Part shown: positions 31,168 through 40,222 of the stretch, one piece after another | Position numbering within the stretch: the first letter of the stretch is position 1 | Layout of the letters: every line of letters starts with the position of its first letter | NCBI GenBank assembly: GCA_965248695.1 | Contig: CBDFKD010000002.1 | Location: forward strand, 2,944,001-3,008,000 | Length of the DNA: 64,000 nt | DNA from: Acidobacteriota bacterium | GTDB taxonomy: Bacteria; Acidobacteriota; UBA890; WLXD01 | Direction: 5' to 3' | The notes under the pieces: generated by a model | The model's database searches: none | Told to the model about the DNA's origin: nothing | What the model saw: the letters and a program-made list of their open reading frames with translations, nothing else | Position numbers and translations under genes: made by a program

Positions 31168-32667
31168 ATGTTTCTTGACCGCCGAACGATCACGGTCGGA
31201 GCCACCGCAGCGTTGATCGCGGGTGCCAGCGTTGCCGTTGGCGGCCAGGCTCAGCTCGTCGAAGCGGTCAAGGAGAACGACACGGTGGCGGTAGAGGCCC
31301 TGCTGCGGCAAGGCGTCGACGTCAACGTACCCCAGGGCGACGGCGCGACAGCGCTGCACTGGGCCGCCTACTACGGCGACCTGGAGCTGGTCGATCGGCT
31401 GATCGCCGACGGCGCCGACGTCAACGCGGCCAACGACCTGCGCGTCACTCCGCTTGCCCTGGCGAGCGCCAATGCGCATGCCGCCGCTGTGCAGAGCTTG
31501 CTCGCGGCGGGGGCCGATCCGAACATCAGCGGCGAGACCGGAGTCACCCCGTTGATGGAGGCCGCCCGTATCGGCAGCATGGAGGCCGTACGAGCCCTGC
31601 TCGAGTTCGAGGCCGACGTCAACGCCCACACGACCGACCGGCAACAGACCGCCCTTATGTGGGCGGCCGCACGTCGGCACCCGGAAGTCGTGGGGGCACT
31701 GCTGGAACACGACGCCGACGTCGGCGCTCGCACGCGGGTCCGCCGCGAGGTGGTGATGCTGTCGCTGAGACGCGGGGATCGCGTCGCCAGAACAGCGGTG
31801 AAGGACGCCACGGAGATCGAGCGCGGTGGAATCACTGCGTTGTTGTTTGCGGCCCAGTCCGGCGACGTTGACTCGGCACGAAAGCTGTTGGAGGCCGGCG
31901 CCGACATCAACGACACGGGAGCCGACCAGAACTCGGTTCTGGTGATGGCAGCACTCTCCGGTCACACCGCAGTTGCCAAGATGCTGCTAGAACAGGGCGC
32001 AGACCCGCAGAGCGCCGCCGGCGGCTACACGGCACTGCACGCCGCGGTGCTCCGTGGTGACCTGCAGACGGTCGAGGCGCTAGTCGCCCACGGCGCGAAT
32101 GTCGACGTGTTGCTCACCCGGGGCAGCCCGATCCAGCGCTACGGGTCGCACTGGGCTTTGTCGAGCGCCTGGGCCGGCGCCACACCGCTGCTCCTGGCGA
32201 CCCACTACCTGGAAACGAAGATCATGCGTTCGCTTATCGGCCACGGAGCGTCGATCACGCATGCTCTCCCGAACGGTGCCACGCCCCTGCTGGTGGCGGC
32301 TGGGACCTCCGTCGAGCGGCGTATCAACCGGCCGTTGGACCACTCTGACACTCCCAGGGTGATCGGGGATATTTTCTTCGAGCGCTCCCCGGAGGCCTCG
32401 TTCGAGGCGGTGCGGTTCCTGCTCGACGCCGGGGCCGACGTGAGCCAGACGAATCCCGCGGGCGACACCGCCATGCATGCCGCTGCCGCCAACGGTTTCT
32501 CCACCGTAGTCCGGCTGCTCGCCGAGCGCGGCGCCGAGCTGAACGCCAAGAACGACAACGGCCAGACCCCGCTGACGATGACGGCCGGCAGAGGGGCGCT
32601 CGGAAGCAAGGCCGACCATCGCGCCCAGGCCGCCGAGTTGCTCCGGGAGCTCGGCGCTACCGAGTGA
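31168..32667 (+). CDS. Secreted ankyrin-repeat protein
   Basis: Multiple GxTALHxAA/TPL ankyrin repeats; third gene of the DUF1592-DUF1552-ankyrin triad. Confidence 0.9.
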   Translation: MFLDRRTITVGATAALIAGASVAVGGQAQLVEAVKENDTVAVEALLRQGVDVNVPQGDGATALHWAAYYGDLELVDRLIADGADVNAANDLRVTPLALASANAHAAAVQSLLAAGADPNISGETGVTPLMEAARIGSMEAVRALLEFEADVNAHTTDRQQTALMWAAARRHPEVVGALLEHDADVGARTRVRREVVMLSLRRGDRVARTAVKDATEIERGGITALLFAAQSGDVDSARKLLEAGADINDTGADQNSVLVMAALSGHTAVAKMLLEQGADPQSAAGGYTALHAAVLRGDLQTVEALVAHGANVDVLLTRGSPIQRYGSHWALSSAWAGATPLLLATHYLETKIMRSLIGHGASITHALPNGATPLLVAAGTSVERRINRPLDHSDTPRVIGDIFFERSPEASFEAVRFLLDAGADVSQTNPAGDTAMHAAAANGFSTVVRLLAERGAELNAKNDNGQTPLTMTAGRGALGSKADHRAQAAELLRELGATE

Positions 32668-32691
32668 GGCGCGGGCGCTAGCCTGTCGACA

Positions 32692-33135
32692 TTACGTCTC
32701 TTCGGCGAGCTTCTTCAGCCGATCCATCGCCGCCCGCGCATTGCGCTTCGCCATGATCGTGATCACCGGCGACAGCAGGCGGAGCATGAGCCCGACAGCC
32801 CGCCACCGAGCCGAGTAGGTGAGCTCGACACTGTTCTGGCGTGGCGTGATCGAGTAGGTGACCACCATCGGGGATGCGCCGAGGCTGCCGCCCGTCAACT
32901 GGATTCGCAGGCAGTTGCCTGGCTGGAAGGCGAGGATCTCGCTGTTGTAGTCGACTACACGGGAACCCTCGCGAATCTGGACGGCTGACCGGGTGCCTAC
33001 CGCCGGTGGTCCCGACGTCATCGGCTCGACATTGACGATGTCCGGGCTCCAGCTCATCACGTGCTGGTCGTCGGCGAGCAGCGGCCACAGCTCCTCGGCA
33101 GTGGTCTCGATGTCGACGCGATGATCGAAGTTCAT
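32692..33135 (-). CDS. SRPBCC/polyketide cyclase family protein
   Basis: VDIE..AEELW.LL.D...W, GPPAVGTR, C-terminal helix MDRLKKLAE. Confidence 0.8.
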   Translation of the reverse strand: MNFDHRVDIETTAEELWPLLADDQHVMSWSPDIVNVEPMTSGPPAVGTRSAVQIREGSRVVDYNSEILAFQPGNCLRIQLTGGSLGASPMVVTYSITPRQNSVELTYSARWRAVGLMLRLLSPVITIMAKRNARAAMDRLKKLAEET

Positions 33136-33268
33136 CGGCTCTCGTCCTCAGCTCACGATCACGCTTGCTCATGCAGGCTCCATGACCAACCGCGGGAACC
33201 ATGGCATAGGAGAGGCGCGGGGTGCTACCTTGCCGCCCGTTCCCTTGGCAAACACGCGGGAGGCGACA

Positions 33269-34099
33269 ATGAGCACGGCGCGAGAGCAGTCCCCTTCGGC
33301 GACATGGCAACGGGCAATCCGGGTCGTGAGCCTGGCGCTCGCCGTGAGCGCCTGCGGCGGTGAGTCGACAGAGGCACCTCGAGGGGCGGACCTGACCAAA
33401 CCCATCGAGGCTGATCCCATTGCTTACGATCCGACGATCCTCGACGATCCGGCGCGCACCGACGACGACCGCTACCGCGACGTCGGCATGCGGCCGCTGG
33501 AAATCTATGCGTTCTTCGGCATCGAGCCGGGGATGGTGGTCGGCGATCTGGGCACGGCGCTGATGTACAACGCGCACATCCTCGACCACGTTGTTGGCCC
33601 GCAGGGCAGGGTCCACGCCATCGTGGACTGGGGCCCGACGCTGGCCGACTGGCGATCGGAACGCACGATGCCGGCCTATGAGCAGCGCACAGCCGCCGGT
33701 GCGCTTGGCAACGTCGAGCTCGCCAACACGCTCGAAGACCTGTCTGCCGACAGCCTCGATGCACTGCTCATCATCCGCCATTACCACGACTTCGGCGACC
33801 GCGCGGCACGAATCGCGCAGCTACCGCGGTTTCTGAGGGTGCTGAAGCCGGGCGGCATTCTCGGGGTCATGGATGCCCACACGGACGCGCCCGAGGAGCG
33901 CGACGAGTCCGTACACCGGATGAACGAGGCGCTGGCCCGCGACGAGATCGCCGGCGGCGGGTTCGAACACGTCGCGTCCTCCGATCTACTCCACAACAGC
34001 GACGACACCTTCGACTTCGACGGCCGCGAAGATGATGCCCCGATCCATCGCTACTTCATCCATCGATGGACGATGAAGTTCCGCAAACCGTCAGGCTAG
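33269..34099 (+). CDS. Class I SAM-dependent methyltransferase-like lipoprotein (COG4798-like)
   Basis: Lipobox VSAC, RD..RP.E...FFGIEPGMVVGD, RHYHD, LKPGGILGVMDAH, KFRKP. Confidence 0.78.
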   Translation: MSTAREQSPSATWQRAIRVVSLALAVSACGGESTEAPRGADLTKPIEADPIAYDPTILDDPARTDDDRYRDVGMRPLEIYAFFGIEPGMVVGDLGTALMYNAHILDHVVGPQGRVHAIVDWGPTLADWRSERTMPAYEQRTAAGALGNVELANTLEDLSADSLDALLIIRHYHDFGDRAARIAQLPRFLRVLKPGGILGVMDAHTDAPEERDESVHRMNEALARDEIAGGGFEHVASSDLLHNSDDTFDFDGREDDAPIHRYFIHRWTMKFRKPSG

Positions 34100-34246
34100 A
34101 CATCGATCACGGCCGCATTCTTCGCGTCTTGCGCCATCCGTAACGACGGTCACAGCTCGCCAGCTCCGGCTCATGCTAACGTCAGTCGTTCTCTCTGGTT
34201 CCCGCGCCGGCGCCGGAGCGCAATTCCTCGGCAAATCGGAGTCCTC

Positions 34247-34838
34247 ATGCGCGCCACATCGACCGTTGCACTCGCCCTCTCCACGCTCCTGCTAGCCGCC
34301 CCGGGCCGGGGCACAACAGCAGCGCACCGAGTACGACCCTCTACCGATAACCGCGATGCAGACGACGAACGTCGCAACCCCGATGGCGTTGCCGATCGGA
34401 GACCTGCCGACCATCGACATCTGGTGGTTTCCGCCCGTCTTCACCATCAAGGGCGAGCAGGTCGACTTCGTCGAGATCATGCAGGGGGTGCCGAAGAAGA
34501 AGATCGCAATCGGGTGCTCGGGCGGCTACGTGAACATCGACAACCTGGGCACGGTTCCGCCGGCGAACAACATGCCCGCGAGCGCGAGCGTGAAGATGAC
34601 GCGCATGACCACCGGGGGCAAGGAGAAGAACTTCGGCTCAGTGAAGGCGAACACAGTGCCGTTTCCGGTAGCCATCTGGCTGGCGTTCAAGAGCCGCACG
34701 ATCCCCAAGGACACCGCTTCGATCCATTTCGAGATCAAGTTCAGCGGCACCGGGACGAGCCTCCCGCGCCTGGCGATGAACGTCAACTGCGGCGTGACGA
34801 GCATCGACGCAGTGTCGCGACTGACGATGGAGCCGTAG
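34247..34838 (+). CDS. Hypothetical secreted beta-rich protein, apparently frameshifted near 34303
   Basis: Signal-peptide-like MRATSTVALALSTLLLAAP from ATG 34247 (GGAG upstream) continues in the +1 frame as AGAQQQRTEY...MQTTNV (track ORF 34356-34838, host-like codon usage). Confidence 0.5.
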
Positions 34839-34861
34839 CGGCGCGAGCGCTAGACCCGGGC

Positions 34862-35134
34862 CTATTCCGACGTGCCGGGACCACCCTTGCGGGTCGCCAA
34901 CTCCGCCAGGACGTTCTCGAGGTCGGGGAAGCCGGCGCCGAACAGCGGACGCGTGATCGCGTTGCCACCGCGCGAGGCGATGACGTTGTCGTCCGCCAGC
35001 ACATCGAACTGGCCCGTCTTGCCGGGTTCGACGGCCGCGTCGAGACCCAGCCGCTGCTTGATGAGGGCGACGAGACTCGCCGCCTTGCTCTCGGAGCGCC
35101 GTCAGGTGGCGCAGGAACGGATTTCGATCTTCAT
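34862..35134 (-). CDS. Rdx (SelW/SelT/SelH-like) selenoprotein, CxxU, 90 aa
   Basis: Manual translation MKIEIRSCAT-U(TGA 35104-35102)-RRSESKAASLVALIKQRLGLDAAVEPGKTGQFDVLAD...GAGFPDLENVLAEL...TAG. Rdx hallmarks CxxU, GxFDV and FP are present. GAGGT RBS; SECIS-like hairpin follows. Confidence 0.85.
35066..35084 (-). promoter_or_regulatory. Putative bacterial SECIS for the Rdx gene
   Basis: GGCGGCGA-GUC-UCGUCGCC: 8-bp stem with one G-U pair, loop starts with G, 25 nt between UGA and loop. Confidence 0.6.
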
Positions 35135-35136
35135 GG

Positions 35137-35982
35137 TCACCTCAGGATGCGTTGATCGCTAAGATCCTTGCCACCCACCGCGGTGGATATCCGAGCGCCG
35201 CGGAACTCGTTGATCTCGAGATCGGCGAACGCGTTGACGATGTTGTACTGCGTCGGCATGTCCTCCCAGCGCGCCCGGTGGAACTGCAACGTCCCGTCGC
35301 CGAGCCAGGCCTGCTCGGGCACTTCGTCCGAGTTACCCGCCGGCGACAGAACCGCGTACTGCACGTCGGCGATCCCCCACTCGCCCGTCTTCGGGATGTA
35401 CTTGTAGTGCAGCGTCCCTCGCAGCTCGCCGTCCGACGGGTCGGGTGGATCGGCGCTGTCGGTCGGGACCGGCAGCTCCTGCAGGTCCTTGACACTCATG
35501 TCGAGGAACTTGAAGCCCATCCAGCTGGCGGTGACGTGAGTTTCGCCCTCGAACACCCGTGGCTCCGGTAGGTCGGCGTAGATCTTCGAGAAGCCGAGCT
35601 CATCGCGTCCGGTAAGGATGGGATCGGTGAGGTTCTCCCAGAGCACGAGCAGCAGGCTGCCGCTGGCGTGATCCTGGCGTCCATCGAACCGGGCCGGAAA
35701 ACTGACTCCGAGGATGTTGTATCCGCGTCCCGCCAGCCACGGAATCTCGGTGATATAGGTGGCGGCCACGGTCACCACCGGCTCGCCGTCGAGCGAGAAG
35801 CCTTGGGGGAGCATCGTCGCCAGCTGGGCGGCGTTGGTCAGACAGCTCACCGCGACTGTCTTCTTGCGCGGTGCGTCGATGTTGTCGAACGTCTCGCCGT
35901 TCGGCCCCCGCCGCGGACCTGTTCGGGGTCCGAAGTGCGTCGGCATGCGGTACATCGCGTCGGGCTCGAACGTGTAGCTCAT
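35137..35982 (-). CDS. Acetoacetate decarboxylase-like (ADC superfamily) protein
   Basis: YRMPTHFGP, WLAGRGYN, LWENLTDPILTGRDELGFSKIYA (Schiff-base Lys position). Confidence 0.82.
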   Translation of the reverse strand: MSYTFEPDAMYRMPTHFGPRTGPRRGPNGETFDNIDAPRKKTVAVSCLTNAAQLATMLPQGFSLDGEPVVTVAATYITEIPWLAGRGYNILGVSFPARFDGRQDHASGSLLLVLWENLTDPILTGRDELGFSKIYADLPEPRVFEGETHVTASWMGFKFLDMSVKDLQELPVPTDSADPPDPSDGELRGTLHYKYIPKTGEWGIADVQYAVLSPAGNSDEVPEQAWLGDGTLQFHRARWEDMPTQYNIVNAFADLEINEFRGARISTAVGGKDLSDQRILR

Positions 35983-36225
35983 GGAAGCAGCGACCTCGAT
36001 TTTGGGGCCGGCCTCACGCTTGCCCGTAGGCTCCAGGCAGTGAAGACGAGCAGCGACACGACGACTAGCGGCCTGTTCCTTCTGGCCATGAGATCACTCC
36101 CTCGTTGGCCGCGGGCTCGGCTCGCAAGCACTTTCAGCGGCACGCTCGACAGCGACCCGTGATCTGTAACCTGTCCGAGGTGTCCGCTAAGATCAACCCC
36201 CCGCAACTTCGACGAGGAGACTCCC

Positions 36226-38376
36226 GTGGACCCTGCCGCGCCACCGCCGCGCAATGCCCGCCGGTGGCCGCTGATCGTGGCGCTGACGTCATGCGGGTGG
36301 GTTGCCACTTCACCGGATCCGGTGCGCGCTTCGCTCGCGATCATCCAGGCGCGCGTTGTCGACGACGCCGCGTTGGCCGATGAGCGGCAGGGCAGCGACT
36401 GGCTGGCGTTCGGCCGCACGTACAGCGAGCAGCGCTTCAGTCCCCTGACCCAGATCAACGCCTCCAACGTCAGCGACCTGGCGGTTGACTGGTATCTCGA
36501 TCTGCCGAACGACCGGGGTCTGGTGTCCACCCCCCTGGTGGTCGACGGAGTGCTGTACTTCAACGGCAGCCTGAACATCGTGAGAGCCGTCGACGCTGCC
36601 ACCGGTGCCCTCCTGTGGGAGTACGACCCGAAGGTCGCGGAACGCGCTTCGAGTCGCCGCGCCCGCATCGGCTGGGACCACAACCGCGGCATCGGCTTCT
36701 GGAAGGGCAAGGTCTACCTCGCCACCTGGGACGGCGTTCTCGTCGCGCTCGACGCCGCCACCGGCCGCGAGCTATGGAGCACGCCGACCGTCGACCCGGA
36801 AGACCACTACTTCATCACCGGCGCCCCGAAGATCTTCAAGGGCAAGGTGCTGGTGGGCAACGGCGGCACCGAGCTCGGCGCTTCCCGCGGCTACGTCACC
36901 GCCTACGACGCCGAGACCGGCGAGCAGGCCTGGCGCTTTTGGATCGTCCCCGGCAACCCCGCCGACGGGTTCGAGAACGAGGCCATGCGGATGGCCGCCG
37001 AGACCTGGACCGGCGAGTGGTGGAAGTACGGCGGCGGTGGCAACGCCTGGCACGGCTTCACCTACGACCACGAGCTCAACGCGCTCTACATCGGTACCGG
37101 CAACGGCTCGCCCTGGAACCAGAAGATCCGCAGCCCGGGGGGCGGCGACAACCTGTTCCTGTCATCCATCGTCGCCCTCGACCCCGACAGCGGCGAATAC
37201 CTCTGGCACTACCAGACGAACCCCGGCGAGACCTGGGATTACAACTCCAACATGGACATCGTCCTGGCCGATCTGACGATCGACGGGCGCGACGTGAAGG
37301 CGATCCTACACGCCCCCAAGAATGGCTTCTTTTATGTGATCGATCGCGCCGCCGGGAAGCTGATCTCCGCCGAGCCGTTCACCGAGGTCACCTGGGCGAC
37401 GGGGATCGACCTCGACACCGGACGACCGATCGAGGTCCCCGGCGCGCGCTTCGAGGAGCGGCCGGCGCGCATCGCGCCGACCGCGAACGGAGCGCACAGC
37501 TGGCACGCCATGTCGTACAACCCGATGACCGGGCTGGCCTACCTTCCCGTCATCCACCAGGCGAACACGTACAGCGACGAGGGCATCGACCTGGACAACT
37601 GGCGCTCTCCACAACGACAGGAGTTCAGCACCGGGGTCTCGACCCTGGGCAGCGGACCGTCCCGCGCGGACGGCGTCCGCGGCTCGCTACAGGCCTGGGA
37701 CCCCGTACGTCAGCAGCTCGCCTGGGAGATTCCGCTGCACGGCTACTGGAACCCGGGAACCATGACGACAGCGGGGAGCCTCGTCTTTCAGGGGCGCGTC
37801 GACGGCGGCTTCGCAGCCTACGACGCGGTCAGCGGCGACGAGCTGTGGACATTCGACCTGGGTCTTGGCATTTCCGCGCCGCCGATTACGTACGCGATCG
37901 ACGGCCGCCAGTATGTCGCGCTGCTCATCGGCTGGGGCGGATCACTGGCCGCGTTCGGTGGCGAGTTCGGAGCGTCGCACGGATGGGCATACGGTGCCCA
38001 AACGCGACGCCTGGTAGTGTTCTCCCTCGACGGTGAGGCGGACCTTCCGGCGCAGCCACCGCGCGAGATCCCGGAGCCGATCAGCTCCGCCGATTTCAAG
38101 GTAGACGCCTCGCTAGCGCAGCAGGGCGCCAGCATCTATCGGATGTGCGTCTACTGTCACGGCGGAGGCGCTCTCTCCTCGGGCATGGCGCCCGACCTGA
38201 GGGCCTCGCGCATCGTGCTTTCGGACATCGCGTTCGCCACCGTCGTCCGCGACGGCTCGCGGCTGCCGCGCGGGATGCCGGTTTACCTCGAGTTCTCCGA
38301 TGCCGAGCTCTTGGCGCTGCAGCACTACATCCGACGGCAGGCCGAGCAGGCATTCGCCAGCGACGGATCGAGATAG
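36226..38376 (+). CDS. PQQ-dependent quinohemoprotein dehydrogenase (type II ADH-like), paralog 1
   Basis: GRTYSEQRFSPLTQIN, TGAP, GNGG, RGYVTAYDA, GDNLFLSSIVAL, WDYN, C-terminal CVYCH and PDLR. Confidence 0.92.
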   Translation: MDPAAPPPRNARRWPLIVALTSCGWVATSPDPVRASLAIIQARVVDDAALADERQGSDWLAFGRTYSEQRFSPLTQINASNVSDLAVDWYLDLPNDRGLVSTPLVVDGVLYFNGSLNIVRAVDAATGALLWEYDPKVAERASSRRARIGWDHNRGIGFWKGKVYLATWDGVLVALDAATGRELWSTPTVDPEDHYFITGAPKIFKGKVLVGNGGTELGASRGYVTAYDAETGEQAWRFWIVPGNPADGFENEAMRMAAETWTGEWWKYGGGGNAWHGFTYDHELNALYIGTGNGSPWNQKIRSPGGGDNLFLSSIVALDPDSGEYLWHYQTNPGETWDYNSNMDIVLADLTIDGRDVKAILHAPKNGFFYVIDRAAGKLISAEPFTEVTWATGIDLDTGRPIEVPGARFEERPARIAPTANGAHSWHAMSYNPMTGLAYLPVIHQANTYSDEGIDLDNWRSPQRQEFSTGVSTLGSGPSRADGVRGSLQAWDPVRQQLAWEIPLHGYWNPGTMTTAGSLVFQGRVDGGFAAYDAVSGDELWTFDLGLGISAPPITYAIDGRQYVALLIGWGGSLAAFGGEFGASHGWAYGAQTRRLVVFSLDGEADLPAQPPREIPEPISSADFKVDASLAQQGASIYRMCVYCHGGGALSSGMAPDLRASRIVLSDIAFATVVRDGSRLPRGMPVYLEFSDAELLALQHYIRRQAEQAFASDGSR

Positions 38377-40106
38377 TGGTCCGGGCCCTGCTACTCGGCA
38401 GCTTGGCTTTGTTCGCCGTCTTTTCTGCTGGGTGCGCCGACGGTAGCGATGAGAGCTTCGACATTGTCATCGAAAACGGAATGGTGGTGGATGGAACCGG
38501 GAATCCCCGGTTTCGCGCCGACATCGGGATCCGTGGCGGCTCCATCGTCGCGGTTGGGGATCTCGGCTCCGTAACCGCCGAAAAGACCATCGACGCCGAG
38601 GGTCTCGTGGTTTCTCCCGGGTTCATCGATATACATGCTCACCCGGAGCGAGGGTTCGAGGAGCCGGGTTCAAGCGCCAATCTCAACTATCTGCTCCAGG
38701 GTGTGACCACGGTCGTCACCGGAAACGATGGTGGGGGTACCTTCCGGGTTGCCGAGACCAAGACGAACTGGGAATCACTCGGCATCGGAACCAACGCCGC
38801 CCATCTGGTCGGATTCGGAGCCCTCCGCGAGGAAGTCATGGGAGTGGAGACGCGGGCGCCCACGTCGGATGAGCTGGCGCGAATGCAGGCGCTCGCACGA
38901 CAGGCGATGCAGGAGGGCGCCTGGGGAATGAGCTCGGGCCTGGAGTACGTGCCCGGCCGCTATGCCAGTACCGAAGAGCTCATCGCGGTGGCCGGAGTCG
39001 TCGGCGAGCTCGGTGGGGTCTACTCGAGCCATCAGCGCAACGAGTTCGACGGTGTGCTGGAGGCCACCCAAGAGACCATCAGAATCGCCGACGAAGCGGG
39101 GGTGCGCGGCAACTCGACTCATCTGAAGATTGCGCGAAAGAACAACTGGGGCGTGATGTCCGAGGTCATCGAGCTTATCAACGAGGCGCGGGCTCGAGGC
39201 GTGGACGTCGGCGCCGACCTGTACCCGTATCACTTCGCATCGGGAGGGCCGATTCTCCCGATCGCGAGAAACGGTGGCTGGGCTCCGTTTCATCTCCCGA
39301 GCGACATGGAGCCGTTTGTCGAGCTGAGACAGGCCCTCAGCGACCGGAGCCTGCCGGACTCCGAGAGACAGGAGCTGAGGGATCGTTACGTCGATGAGCT
39401 GGCGATGGCGCTGTCCGATGTCTCGAAGCGGGAACAGATCAGGGAATCGGTCTTGATCGGCACCCCGGAAAGTCCGAGTTCAGTGGCTCTGGCGGGCTGG
39501 GATAGCTATCTGGTCGTCGTGGCCGACAAGAACGCGGATCTGGTCGGACGGATCCTCTCGGACATTGCCGCGGAGCAAACCCGCGATCCCTTCGACGTCG
39601 CCGCGGATCTCGTCATCGATGAGCCTGACCTGTACGTTGCATGTGGGGTCATGTCGGAAGACGACATGCGCCTCGCAATGCAGCAGGATTGGCTGATGTT
39701 CTCCAGTGACGGAGGCGCGTTGCCCATCGTGCGGGAGTCTGACGCGCCGCGCATCAGTCATCCTCGCTCTTTCGGCAGTCAGGCCAGAGTACTCGGCAGG
39801 TACGTGAGGGAACAGGAGGTCTTGACGCTCGAGAACGCCATCAGAAAGATGAGCTCCCTTCCCGCCGAGTTCCTCCAAATGAAGGATCGAGGCCTGCTCA
39901 TGAGCGGATACCGCGCGGATATCGCCGTGTTCGATCCGGACACCATCAGAGAAAACGCCACTCATGCAAACGCTCGCCAGTACAGCAGCGGGATGCACTC
40001 CGTCCTAGTGAATGGGCAGCTCGCGATCGACAACGGCGAGTTCACCGGTGGACTCTACGGAAGGGTGCTGACGCCCCGTTTGGAGCGCATGTCGCAGGCG
40101 CCTTAG
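38376..40106 (+). CDS. N-acyl-D-amino-acid deacylase family amidohydrolase, lipoprotein
   Basis: VVDGTGNP, PGFIDIHAH, QGVTTVVTGNDG, SGLEYVPG, SHQRNE, SSDGG, HPRSFG; lipobox SAGC; GTG overlaps the upstream TAG. Confidence 0.88.
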   Translation: MVRALLLGSLALFAVFSAGCADGSDESFDIVIENGMVVDGTGNPRFRADIGIRGGSIVAVGDLGSVTAEKTIDAEGLVVSPGFIDIHAHPERGFEEPGSSANLNYLLQGVTTVVTGNDGGGTFRVAETKTNWESLGIGTNAAHLVGFGALREEVMGVETRAPTSDELARMQALARQAMQEGAWGMSSGLEYVPGRYASTEELIAVAGVVGELGGVYSSHQRNEFDGVLEATQETIRIADEAGVRGNSTHLKIARKNNWGVMSEVIELINEARARGVDVGADLYPYHFASGGPILPIARNGGWAPFHLPSDMEPFVELRQALSDRSLPDSERQELRDRYVDELAMALSDVSKREQIRESVLIGTPESPSSVALAGWDSYLVVVADKNADLVGRILSDIAAEQTRDPFDVAADLVIDEPDLYVACGVMSEDDMRLAMQQDWLMFSSDGGALPIVRESDAPRISHPRSFGSQARVLGRYVREQEVLTLENAIRKMSSLPAEFLQMKDRGLLMSGYRADIAVFDPDTIRENATHANARQYSSGMHSVLVNGQLAIDNGEFTGGLYGRVLTPRLERMSQAP

Positions 40107-40222
40107 GCGATCGTCCGCCGATCGCTTGAACCGCGCGCCTCCGTTGCCCGCGCCAGTGCGCATCGCTAGAGTCGTGCCAGCTCGCATCTCGCACGACAAC
40201 ACGAAAAACGGAGGCTCGTCCA

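Noticed and set aside
34247-35155. 302-aa plus-strand ORF as a real gene
   Set aside because: Only its first 19 or so residues look like a signal peptide. The rest is Arg/His-rich off-frame text overlapping 34356-34838 and the Rdx gene.
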